Shown: piece after piece, positions 13,124 through 25,509 of the stretch
How the letters are laid out: every line of letters begins with the position of its first letter
How positions within the stretch are numbered: position 1 is the first letter of the stretch
DNA from: Eledone cirrhosa
Taxonomy: Eukaryota
Reading direction: 5' to 3'
Assembly (NCBI GenBank): GCA_964016885.1
Contig: OZ024740.1
Span: forward strand, 281,294,001-281,358,000
Length of the DNA stretch: 64,000 nucleotides
Notes under the pieces: generated by a model
The model's input: only the letters and a program-made list of their open reading frames with translations
Database searches by the model: none
Told to the model about the DNA's origin: nothing
Position numbers and translations under genes: made by a program

Positions 13124-13624
13124 CATAAAAGATAGATGGCATAACAAGCCTTGACTATTGGATTCGATTAGAAAAGCTCAAACTTTATTCTCCTCAATGT
13201 CACCATGAGCGCTACATTATCTGTATGATGTGGAAAATATTCCATCGGCTTTGCCCAAATGATTTTGGCATCACTTTTGGTGTACACCCAAGGCTTGGGC
13301 CTGGTGCTATCCGCCCACACCAAAAATCTCACTCACATCACATAACAACAATACGGCACAATTATTTCACCTCAATTGGCCCTGCACTCTTTAACATTAG
13401 ACCAAAACACATCAAAGCAGAGACAGACCCCATCAAGTTCAAGAAGTCTTTGGATAAATTCCTTCAAGAAATCCCGGATAAGCCTCCTACACCCGGATAT
13501 GCCTCTGTAAACAATAACTCTCTGCCCAAACACTGATTTGTAAGACTTGGCCAGGTGGCGCTATTAAGTTAGACATTGCCTGGGCCAATACTGGCCGAAA
13601 CTTATCAAAGTTATCAAAGTAAAG

Positions 13625-13626
<2 letters not shown>
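13120..13626 (+). mobile_element. 3' end of CR1-group LINE
   Basis: LDYWIRLEKLKLYS...ERYIICMMWKI...GPALFN...FKKSLDKFLQEIPDKP. 3' stem-loop ggcc-aatact-ggcc and a short tandem tail (ttatcaaag)2. Confidence 0.75.
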
Positions 13627-13662
<36 letters not shown>

Positions 13663-13665
<3 letters not shown>

Positions 13666-16600
13666 TCTTAAACAACTCATTGAGAAATCTGACTCCTTTA
13701 TACGAAGACTTAGATGGCATGCCTTCCATTTCGATAGAAAATCAGATGAAAAAATAAATAAATCCAGTTACAACTTCGATATGATCTTCAAATCCAAGAA
13801 GAATTCACCTAACAACAAACTATTAATGGAATTTGAAAATGAAATAATATCGATTATACAAAACATCAAATTCAAGAAAAAACAATTTGTAGGCCAGGAA
13901 TACATTAAAGGCCTCAACAATAATATAGATAACCTTGAAAAAACTGAGAAGATCCTCGTAAAATCTGATAAAACTAACAATCTATATAGAATGCAAAAGG
14001 ACGAATACAATAATCTCATATTGAAAGAACCCAGGAAAAATTACAAAATAACAACTAATGAAGATCTTGAAACGTTAAATAGAGAAGCTTCTGAAATAAT
14101 TCATAAATTAGGCATCGAAAATAGGACTGAACCCTTTATACCTAGAAGACCGAAAATTAAACTGAAAGACCAGAAAAGAAACTTTGAAATAGAACTACCA
14201 GTCAGACTTATAGCACCATCTAAATCATACTTAGGCATAGTTAGTAAACATATATTAGATAGAATCATACCTCAACTTAAAGAAAAATCATACCTAAAAC
14301 TATGGAGGGGTACTAATGAGGTTATAGGTTGGTTCAATAACATAACATTTAAACATAACAAAAAATTCATTCAAATGGATATTGCAAATTACTACTCCCC
14401 TATTACTTTTATGTTACTTAATAAGGCTCTTATCTATGCATCTAAACATACAGATCTATGAAGTGAAGAAATGAATATCATTTTAACCGCACGGAAAACT
14501 TTAATTGAATTCAACAATCATCTCTGGACAAGAGCCGATAGAAAAATAATTTTGATATCACCATGGGATCATCTGACTCGGCGCAAATAACGGATCTTGT
14601 AGGGTTATTTATTAATATTACACTGCATAGAAAAATACCAGAGATGACCGGTGGTTTATATCGTGATGATATGGTGCTTTTAATTGAAAATCATAGTAAT
14701 TGTGAAATTAATAGGAAAAGAAAATCCATAATACAATTCTTCAATAACTACAACCTTAAGTTAGAAATAGTGAATAACTATAAAATCGTTAACTTTTTAG
14801 ACGTTACATTAAACCTTAGCACAGGGCTCTACTATCCATTCCATAAAATCAATGATAATCTAAATTATGTAAGTTTTAACTCTAATCATCTATTAAGAAC
14901 ACTATTGTCAATAGTGTCCAACAACGGATTTCACGCATCTCCGCTAATAAAAACATTTTTGATAATAAGGCTGAATATTATAATGAAGCTTTAAATAGAG
15001 CAGGGTATACAAATAAAATTAAATACATTGACAACAATATTAAGGCAAATTATTTTACTATTAATTGTAATAATAATAAGCAATTTAACTTAAACTCTAA
15101 AACTAACAAAAGAACTAGAAATATTATTTGGTATTCACGCCCATTCTCATTAAGCATTAAAATACCTTTAGCAAAGCTATTCTTTAAAGCACTAGACAAA
15201 TGTTTTCCTAAAGCCCACAGATACCACTCAATCTTTAACAGACATACCATAAAACTATCCTACTCTACTACTATGAACATAGCACAAAATGTAAATAGAA
15301 TTAATAATAGAAACTTAAATTTAAACCCTAACCAAAATAACCAAAATAGCAATCATAATATTTCTAGCAATATCCAACATAATAGTACCGTTCCGAGCAA
15401 AAGCAACTCCGCAAAATTAAATCAAATTATCCTTTACAAAATAAAAAGATAAAAACGTGGTCTACAAATGCACAGTTAAAACTTGTGAACATATATTTAA
15501 CTATGTCGGTGCCACTTCTACAGGATTTAAACTTCGCTGGAATAACCACAATTTTTCTTTCAGAAGAATTGATAAAAAATGTTCAACTTCTCTTTCAAAC
15601 CTGATATGGAACTTAAAATGCAATAATATAGACTATTCATTATCTTGGAAAACAGTTTCAGAAGCACCCGCGTACTGTAAAACACAGCTTTATCTAGATT
15701 CTGTAAATTGTGTATTGAAGAAAGATTTTCATATAATTAACTGTAAAAACTCTATTAATCTCAGAACGAATTTATTTAATTCTTGTAGACATCCCCAGAA
15801 TTCAACATTCAGAACTATATATAACTTATAATTATACTTATAATATTCCTATTAATCTCCATAACAATCTCATCTACTTTATTTTTAATATATTAATATC
15901 TCTAAATCATAATATCTCTAACATTTGCTGTACTTGCACTTTTTTTTAAATGTTCTTATAATATATATGTATATAATTCTAATTTTTTAATTTTTTAACT
16001 TTTAATTGTTTAATAATTTTTTTGAATAATTATTTTTTTAAAATAATTTTAATTTTTAATTTATAATTTAAAAAATTTTTTTTTATTTTTTTTTATTTTT
16101 ATTTTTTTTTTATTTTTTTACTTTTTAATTTTCTTAATTTCTTAATTCTTAAGTCTTTATTAAGTACAATGACACCCTCTAATAACCATTAACTGATTCT
16201 GGATAAATGTATCTTAAGCATACATACTTATTTTGACTAAATAGTCTCACATTAACGAATAAATTAAATCGGAGTTTATCTTTCCTTATCTTTCCTTTTC
16301 AATCATATAAATATTATTACTTAACTCCGTTAATTTAATTTTAAATCATTCTCAATTTTAAATACATATTTATTTACATAATATACCCATTTATTTATTT
16401 ATTTATTTATTTATCTACTTAAAACAGAACAAAAACATTCCTCGTAACTCATATTATAAACAAATTATAAACAACTAATAATTGTAAATTATCCTTTTAA
16501 TATAAATACACACACTATTAAAATATATACTTACATATATACATAGATAACTGTTCGAATATATTTCCCTCAAATTAACGTAATATGAGCTTTTAATTTA

Positions 16601-16991
16601 TCTTTGCTTTTTTCCTTCTTCTCTCTCTTTCTCTTACTATTTTTCCTTCTCCTCTTCTCTCTTTCTTACTATTTTTTATTTCTACTCTGTCTTACTATTA
16701 TATATTATATATCTAAACTCTCCATAGTCGTTTAAACTAACGGTTGTTTTTCAATTATTTACATATTCATATGCATAAGTTTAAAAAATAAGTTTGAAAA
16801 ATCCACTATACATTTCCACTATCCAGGGAATATTCAACTGATAAGGTATGATTTTCCTGGGTATGTCTCTATTTATAAAACAAACTTTGTATTTTATCTG
16901 AAGAAAGCGTACCAAAGTGTTTTGGTGCCCTTGAAATATATATAATAAAATAAATATGGTTTTATAAATATAGTTTCCATTCTTTTAATAT

Positions 16992-16997
<6 letters not shown>
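13663..16997 (+). mobile_element. Decayed Naiad-type PLE (second family) with AT-rich 3' UTR and terminal HHR
   Basis: RRLRWH, KSDKTNNLY, RLIAPSK, MDIANYY, MGSSDSAQITDLVG, LYRDD, then GIY-YIG VYKC...YVGATSTGFKLRW. Multiple stops and frameshifts. Bounded by (TA)n. Confidence 0.88.
16890..16952 (+). ncRNA. Type I hammerhead ribozyme
   Basis: tattttat-CTGAAGA-aagcgtaccaaa(gtgt)tttggtgccctt-GAAA-tatata-TA-ataaaata. Perfect 8-bp stem I. Confidence 0.85.
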
Positions 16998-17077
<80 letters not shown>

Positions 17078-17370
17078 TATAAATTATGTCCATAGAATCA
17101 TTTGATAATATATATACACCATTTCCTCTCCCAATTAGCATAATCAACCACACAAAAAACCAATTAAACCAGGCTATAAGATTAAAAGGCACCTATGAAA
17201 AAATAATAGATAAATAAACGACAGCCATCTATTCGCGATCAACAGCTATAGAATATTTACCCACCATTTCAAAAGCACGTGGAAATCGATTAAATATACC
17301 GTCAACCATATACAATTAGGTATAAAATTAAAGTTAGAAGAAAAAATACATATACACATACCAGGATTAC

Positions 17371-17452
17371 GTTGCTACACTTTAGGGTTTCGTTCGCTTT
17401 CGGAAATATCCTATCAAGGATAAATTCTCGAGCTTCGAACTCATCAGGAAAC
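17371..17452 (-). ncRNA. Hammerhead-like motif with long stem II
   Basis: Minus: gtttc-CTGATGA-gttcg...atcct(tgat)aggat...cgaac-GAAA-c...g-TA-gcaac. Stem I has one mismatch. Confidence 0.65.
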
Positions 17453-17559
17453 AAACTCACTTGGACAAAGATTTTCTTAAATGATCCCCGCCAGAAACGA
17501 ATTCAAAATGGCTAAGAACTGTGACGTGGCAGTGGTCAACTCAGAAAGAATGTGAATAT

Positions 17560-17637
<78 letters not shown>

Positions 17638-17646
17638 TATAGAAAT

Positions 17647-17697
17647 GGCTTCTACAGGACTAGAACTGTTTCATACAGAGGAAATCATCAGAAAGCC
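17647..17697 (-). ncRNA. Type I hammerhead ribozyme (family also partial at 48695-48728 and 49743-49786)
   Basis: Minus: ggcttt-CTGATGA-tttcctctgtat-GAAA-cag(ttctagtc)ctg-TA-gaagcc. Stem II is decayed in this copy. Confidence 0.75.
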
Positions 17698-17993
17698 GAC
17701 TGACAATGTACATTTCTGGTATTTATACATTTTGTATGGTGATGGTTGGGAGTGGTAGAGGTCATAGTGGGGTTAAAGGATGGGGATTCTTAGAAAAAAC
17801 AAAAGTTATTTAGAGAAAGGAGTTTAGTGGCAAGTTGCAATTGAAATAAACATTTCCTTATTCCATAGTACAATTTTTAACAAAAGGTATCAAGTAGTTG
17901 ATCGAACATCTGTGGAAATTGTTAGTAAAGGTCACAATCACTCACGCCAACGCATATACCTACATACATATATATTTCTACACATATACACAC

Positions 17994-18151
<158 letters not shown>

Positions 18152-18191
18152 AATATAAAATGAAAGTGCTTTTATAAAGGAATTTATTAGG

Positions 18192-18309
18192 TATTGACAT
18201 ATGTTTCTGTAACAGACGGAATACTTATGTATCGCTGCTTGCGTAATCATATAATGTTAGCAAGTATTCGATAGCAAATGTATAAACAGTTGTCACTTCT
18301 TCAGAGATA
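18192..18309 (-). ncRNA. Hammerhead-like motif with ~90-nt stem II
   Basis: Minus: CTGAAGA-agtgaca...gaatactt...aagtattc...tgttaca-GAAA-catatg-TC-aata, then AATAAA. Weak stem I. Confidence 0.6.
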
Positions 18310-20579
18310 TTGGATAAATTGGAAAAAATCAGAAAAATTTAAGTATTTATATTAGTTGTAAGAAAGGAAGAAGAGAAGGGATAGCATATGACAGATGGCA
18401 ATTCAATTTGCTGGTAAACATGTCTATAGAAGGTTTTTAATGAGAATACAATGAGTATATGGCTTATTTTATCTAAATAAAAATTTTAATCTATATTTGA
18501 CCAATTGAACAATGGGCAGGGCTGGTCGTTTGGTGTAGTAGTATTAATACAGATATAAAGTGTCCAGTAAGGAAGAGAGAGATTTTCACTGTTACTGTAT
18601 AACAACAATGCTGGTAGCCTGCTGGTATATGCATTAGGGAATTGAATTAAGAAATCTCATTTTATCTATAGCAGTTTATATTAAATGGTAAAGAATAGAA
18701 GAATTGATAGAATTAAGATTAATAGAGAATGTTAATATGTATTTTGACAATCAAACGGAGATGGAGACAGGCGTTCAATCCTGGTAGCGTTTGTAATATG
18801 AAAATGTAGATTTCAAGCGATAGTTGCAGTATAACAATCGCTCTATTCTGTTATTTAATAACATATTTTTGGATTTCATAATACAAAATATTTCCATATT
18901 ACACAATTTACAAAATTCATGCGCGAAAATAACCAACAATTTAACCTAAAATGGGATATAATAGCAGCTGCTCCTTCATATTTCCAAGGACAGGAATTTT
19001 GTAAATTCTGTAACATGGAAATATTATATATATATATATAATATATATATATTTATTTATTAAAATAACAGATTAAAGTTTAAGCAAAGAATCGCTTTAA
19101 ACGCATACCCATTCTTTTCTTAACCCTTCAAGAAGGAATATGACGTCACTTTCAACTTATATCTGGAGTCTAAAAGATAACCACACCTAATATAAGTTAC
19201 ACTGGGAGATCTTAGCTAGGGCTAGAACGTATAACGGAAATAAAAGACCATGTGACCTCTGGCCGCTGAGGCCCTGGAAATACTCTACGCCAAAGACCAC
19301 ATTTTAAACAAAAATCTGCTTGTAAACATAAATTGCACAAAACGTTCCTGTATTACAACTCCACATTATACCCGAACGGATAGTACGAACTATACGCGGA
19401 TATTTTACGTCTTGATGGGGTAGCTAAGTATATGTTATATTTATACCATTACTTATTTGTATAGGTATGTATATATTACCCGTATGTTTTGTGAATGTAC
19501 GTATACTTTCTCGTACGTATATTTATTTGTATATGTTATGGCGTATATATTATATATACTGGTACTAGTGCTTATGGTTATGTGTATACGTGAGTTCTGC
19601 GTCCTTGTGAGTATGTAGGGTTCGTGTATATGTGTACTTTGTGTTTGGTTAACGTACGTCTGTGTACATATGTGTATTTACATGTAGGTATGAGTGTGAG
19701 CGCATTATATGCATATTTATGTGTGTATATTTATATACGTTTATATAATTATATGTATACATGCACACACACATACATATATATATATATTTTTTATATA
19801 TTTGTTATGTGTATTTGATGTATACGTACGTATGTGTGCGGGTACAGGCGTTACGTGGGTTCTGTATAATTACCTCTGTATTTATTTAGTTTATTCTTAA
19901 CTCTGAAGCCGAGAATCATTCGGTTTCCTACATAGAATTTTAGCCTACGACTCAGACCAACTCCAAGGAACTTCAAACATTACTGGTCACAACTCGCTAT
20001 ATTATACTAAAAGAAGAGAAATAAATAAAGAAATATATAGAAATATATATTTTTGTAAATAAGACAATAGAACCGTGTGGAAATGGAAGCACCAATTGAA
20101 ACATAAGTTTTAAATCTCCGAAGCCGTTTATGAAAGTATTGAAGCAGACAAGAAAACACACTTCGATCTTCCGACGTGGAAGAGGCTCCTATCAGAAGAA
20201 ACCGTCACCAAACCATCATTTTTCTCACCTGTTGTACAAACCTGGCTGGACACAGAACACGGTACAAACATTCTAATAGTTCTATAGAGTTATGAAATAA
20301 TACATATGAACAAGCCATAGATGACGGATATCATTAAGTAATGTCAGTTTCATGAGGAGATAAAACGCCTCCATCCTTTTGAAGGTAAAAAAAATGAGTA
20401 TAAATCCTGGAAAACTGTAAGTCCGGTATTGGAAAAAGAAGAAAAGAAAATCACAAGGGATTGACACTCCAAATTCACTATTTTCCTTTTACTTTGCTCC
20501 ACTTTTCCAATTAAATGACACGACGGTTCAGTTATATTCAAATATTGTAAGCGCGTCCATTGAGAATATCGTCTTTCAC

Positions 20580-21640
20580 AAACTGCTCAGTTGCTCGCAT
20601 GTGTGCGTGCTGAATTCTGGGTCTTTCCGCTGGGAACAACCCCTTGTCCCCCCCTCCCTTTTTTTGTGTACATCCATCCATTCACTCATTCATTTACTGC
20701 CATTCTACCTTCCTGTGTCTCCCCCTCCATACAGCCCCTTTTCGCTCTCGTTTTCTGGCACCTCCATATATATAGGTGAGCTATGCTGCCCTCTAACCAG
20801 CACTTTCCCTTCCAATCACACACACACCAGCCACCCACCCCTGATGCCGCTCGGTTCCCCAGTCCCCGGTCCCGCGCCCCATCCCCCACCCCTGCAAATC
20901 GACACCTGCAGCACTTGCGGCACTACTAACAAACGGAAGAGGGGCCGGAACTGTTTGGAGTGCGGCTGTTTCCATCACCTCACCTGCGTAGGCTTGACTC
21001 GTCGAGCTTCCAATGCCCTCGCAGCGTGGAGGTGCAAGAGCTGCCTCTACCCCCACGTCTTCCCAGCCACGGCCGTCTGGCACACCACCAGATGGGACAG
21101 CGAGCTTGCCTGACGCCCGAGCCTCGCTGGTCAACATCGCTCGGCTCAGGCGGCTCCGGAAGATCCCATTCAGGATCACGAGAGCAGCACGGGTGCCGGT
21201 GGCCGATGCCCTCGCTTCCTCGATTGAGAGCGCCCTGGACTCATGGGTGATGTTTTGGCCGCAGTCAGAGTTGTTGACTCAGAGGACACTGCCCTCCTTC
21301 TCCATTGGCACGTAGCTAGACAACCATTGCCTGCGAATCGGCGTTTCCCTGAGGCTCGGCCTCCGGATCTGCTAGCCACACCAATGTCGCTGCGGTTCCA
21401 CCGTGGACTCTTTCGGCCTCCACCCGCTTTTCTGTCGCCACAGTGCCGGCCGCATTCCACGCCATACTGCCCTCAACGAGGTCATTAAGCATGGCTTGGA
21501 CGCTGAAGGCTTCCCTTCCCAGCTCGAGCTGGTGGGGCTGGATCGAGGTGACGGCAAAAGGCCAGATGGCATGACCATCTTCCCGTTCCGCGGTGGCAAA
21601 CCCCTCGTCTGGGATGCCACTTGCACCGACACTTTCTGAA
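20580..21640 (+). mobile_element. Internally deleted CRE-like non-LTR retrotransposon (PHD-like finger + restriction-like endonuclease)
   Basis: GC-rich island. CSTC...CLECGCFHHLTC...WRCKSC finger, RITRAARVPVADAL, and RLE GLHPLFC...RHTALNE...KRPDGMT...WDATC. The RT core is absent. Confidence 0.75.
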
Positions 21641-22186
21641 GCCTCAACCTTTATAAGAAATAACACCGGGGTCGACAACCCGAATGTCCAAAATCCTATA
21701 GCTACCACCCAGACTTCTGCACTGCATTATAACCAGCAGACTAACACACAGGATAATTGTAACTGTAGAGCTAATAGAGCCTGCCCTTTAGATAAAAAAT
21801 GCCTAACCAAGGATATGATATACTCATGCACCGTCACAACTAGCAACTCTTCAGAAACTTATGTAGGCTCCACTTCTAACTGCTTCAAAATCAGATATAA
21901 TTCGCACATCCACTCGTTCAAAAAGCACAGTCTAGCCAACTCCACCTCACTATCTAGCTACATACACTATCTAAAAACTAAAAATAAACCTTACACACTC
22001 AAATGGGAAGTGATAGATAGCGCGACTTCGTACAAACCACCTAATAAATTTTGTAACCTCTATATACTAGAGACCAACAATATTATCTTCTCTAACCGGA
22101 ACCTACTTAACAAAAAATCTGAAGTGTTTGCAACTTGCCAGCACCGCTTCAGACATTCCTTCCAAAACTTTAAGCCCAATATATAG
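21640..22186 (+). mobile_element. Naiad-type PLE GIY-YIG 3' fragment
   Basis: CNCRANRACPLDKKC...MIYSC...YVGSTSNCFKIRYNSH...LLNKKSE...CQH. Confidence 0.85.
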
Positions 22187-23614
22187 CAATGTCGGACTTG
22201 AACCAAACACCACCTCTAGCATCAAACACCAGGGGCACACCTTATACCACATACCCAACACTAACTGATCTAATATAACACAAACAGCGACATCCCTCTA
22301 GAACCCTTCGCAGGGCGATTACTCATTTGTACCTCTACTTTAGGTGTGACAACATCCACCCACTTGAACTGCACTACACCGCTCTATAGGTTATTTAAGC
22401 ATAAATTGATTGTCTTGTTAGTGTTGTGCGGAGGAAGTGCCATCGTTGGACAGATGAAAAACGAATTAATCTAGTAACGCTGATGAGCAGTATGACCGGT
22501 TCGCTGAGTGCAGGGAATGAATGTATTGCAAGTAGCGTATGGGTTGTACATATATGGATGATTTGATGGTCAGATTGGGGTCATGAGGACTGCGGATTGA
22601 CCTCTGGTCGGCCCTGGTGATGATTATCCTTCGACATCCAATGTAGCAAGCGATGACCCAGAACTTACCAGAGATCATTGTGTGTTGAAGTGATTCTGCA
22701 ATCACCGCGCCTGGTCCTTTGAGTAGACTACAGCCACAGAGATCATTAATTTAGAATCCTCGCTCGTCGTCTATAATATTCATTTGTGGCACTCTACGAT
22801 GGGGGTTAATCACCATAATAATACGAACAACTTCAGCACAACTTAATAGACTACTCTATAGTTAAAACACTTTAAATTTTAGAAATTTTTTAGAAATTGC
22901 GCATAACCATAGAAGCTAGGGTCTATTTTGAGACACATTTCAATAGTTAGTAATAGAAACCTCGGAGTTACCTCCCCTCATGCATTAACTCCCCTTAACC
23001 ACACACACACTTCCGGGTAGTATTTCGATGTCGATTCTCGAAACGTAACATCCTCCTGTATTGAACTAAAGAACATCAGACTACGATTCTCTAACTGGAT
23101 TGTCAAACGCTCAATATCGAATCGTCGTAGATTATGTGAGGGGCATATAATCTGAAAATACACTCCCCAGACTATGAAAATGTCGAAGTACAAGAAGTCC
23201 ATATCATCCCTTCGCATTTCCAATATTTTTAATGCTTGCACTATTTTTAATGCTTATATTATTTCTCCACACACAGACTATAACAATCATATAAAGAATT
23301 TGTCACCAGATCAACCAACCTAACACTCTTGTTTACATACTTAAGTTCTTCTACTACACGTAACTCTCTGCCACACTATATAAACAAGACGCACGTGCTT
23401 GCCACACATATAACCTTTGCACTATATAACCGCTTATTTTCATGTTGTATTTTAACCTGTATTTTTGATTGTATCTTTTAATATGAATGTAATCTCTAAG
23501 TCTGTACTGCCACTCTAAATGCTGTAATGAATGTTGACCCACAATATTTGCATATGTAGCTGTATGACTCTTGGGTGAAAAGGAGGTCATATAAGTGTTC
23601 ATTCATTAATAAAT

Positions 23615-23661
23615 TGCTCCGAAGAATCCAAACCGCGGTTTGGAGGAAACAGTTGTAAGCA
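23615..23661 (+). ncRNA. Hammerhead-like motif with U4C core change
   Basis: tgct-CCGAAGA-atccaaacc(gc)ggtttggag-GAAA-ca(gt)tg-TA-agca. Confidence 0.65.
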
Positions 23662-24357
23662 TAAAAATGTTTTGAACAGTTCTTTAATTCTTCGATTCTT
23701 ATATTTCATATAACTGCTCTGTAAATCATCTGATGTTTTTACATTGAGCTACTTAACTTACATTGAGCTACTTAATTTAGGGTTTGTATAGAAATATATA
23801 TAACTGCAAACAGTTTTTGTATTTACATAACCATAAATAGTTTAATTAATACTATATATATTATATATATATTATATATATATATTATATATATATTCTA
23901 TATATATATAATATATATATTTATATATAATATATATAATATATATATATAAAATATATATATATATAATATATATAATATATATAATATATATATATAT
24001 AATATATATATAATATATATAATATATATATATATAATATATGTATATAATATATATATATATAATATATATATATAATTGTTTCTACTTTTGCCACAAG
24101 GCCGGCAATTAGCCAGTACATTACTGGTACTTTAATGTATCGACCCCGTAACAATGAAAGGCAAAGTTGACCTCGGCGGGATTTGATATAATATATATAT
24201 ATAATATATATATATAATATATATATATAATATATATATAATATATATATAATATATATATATAATATATATATATATCCATAATATATATATATATCCA
24301 TAATATATATATATATATATCCATAATATATATATATATCCATAATATATATATTAT

Positions 24358-24394
<37 letters not shown>

Positions 24395-24455
24395 GCAATA
24401 TATATATATATATATATATAATATATATATATATAATATATATATAATATATATA

Positions 24456-24515
<60 letters not shown>

Positions 24516-24540
24516 ATATATATAATATATATATATATCC

Positions 24541-24592
<52 letters not shown>

Positions 24593-24595
<3 letters not shown>

Positions 24596-24780
24596 CGGTG
24601 AATTGGCAGTATCGGTAGAGGGTCGGACATGCTTTCCAGCATAGTTATGTCCCTTTACGATCTGAGTTCAAATCCCGCCGAGGTTAACTTTGCCTTTCAT
24701 CCTTACGGGGTCGATAAAATAAAGTACCAGTAATATACTGGAATAATTGCTGGCCTTGTGCCAAAAGTAGAAACAATTAT
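24593..24780 (+). mobile_element. tRNA-derived SINE (abundant family)
   Basis: A-box TGGCAGTATCGG, B-box GAGTTCAAATCC, conserved body GCCTTTCATCCTTACGGGGTCGATAAAATAAAGTACC. Further copies at ~24076-24186(-), 45785-45965(+), 49990-50040(+) and 50970-51140(+). Confidence 0.85.
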
Positions 24781-25339
24781 ATATATATATATTATATATA
24801 TATAAAGGATTTTTCAGTTCTACTTCCCTTTGGAGCAAATATTAAACATCAATCCTTAGCTTCTTCTTTTCCCCTCAGGGCCCGATCAACATCAAACTTC
24901 CCCCGCCACAGAGCCTGTTAAAAATTCAGCAATTATTTCTTACTGTATTCTTTGCTTTCTTTCTTGATATATCCATTCACCCTAAATATCGCCAACTTAG
25001 AATATAGAACGAAAGTGATTTATAACGGTTTATTTAAAGAAGGAATTGCAGATATGCCTAATCTTAAACACTTCACATTTCTCAGTGTTTCACATTTCTC
25101 CGCGTATTCGTTTATAAGTTCTATTGCATATCCTTCAGCAAGTGGTGTTTGTACACTTTATTGTGGCACATGCTGATATAAAATTTCAACCAATTAGTTT
25201 ATATTTTTTAAAACAGATAGGTAGTAGCCTTTTCATTATCATATTTTTCATGAAAGACACTGCTTATGTTTTTCAAATCGCTTTGAAAATATTCGAGTAA
25301 TCTGCGGTATTTAGTAATATAACAAACTTTCTTAATAAT

Positions 25340-25509
25340 TGTTTCTATTTTAGGCACAACGCCAGCAATTACCCAGTACATTACTGGTACTTTATTTTAT
25401 CGACCCCCTAAGGATGAAAGGCAAAGTTAACCTCGGCGGGATCATAAAGGGACGTAACTCTATACTTCAAAGCATGGTGTTCGACTCTCTACCGATACTG
25501 CCAATCCAC
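25340..25509 (-). mobile_element. Same SINE family with a 17-bp target-site duplication
   Basis: caaactttcttaataat at 25323-25339 and 25510-25526 flanks the reverse copy. Confidence 0.88.

Noticed and set aside
13580-13605. ggcc-aatact-ggcc-GAAAC as a hammerhead
   Set aside because: Lacks CUGANGA. Better explained as a LINE 3' stem-loop.
14459-14461. In-frame TGA in a Naiad ORF as selenocysteine (some Naiads encode selenoproteins)
   Set aside because: It aligns to a Ser position in the RT (ISD versus L*S), not a conserved Cys, and the element is otherwise decayed. The Cys motifs of the well-preserved Naiad copies here use TGY codons.
22480-22520. CTGATGA as a hammerhead core
   Set aside because: No properly placed GAAA or stem III. 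The region looks like a decayed PLE RT on the minus strand.
23921-24642. Long YIYI/CVCV/THTH ORFs (also at 8.7-10, 17.9, 52.9 and 60-64 kb)
   Set aside because: Translations of stop-free dinucleotide microsatellites, not genes.
24593-24680. tRNA gene
   Set aside because: The A/B boxes belong to a multi-copy SINE head. No full cloverleaf.
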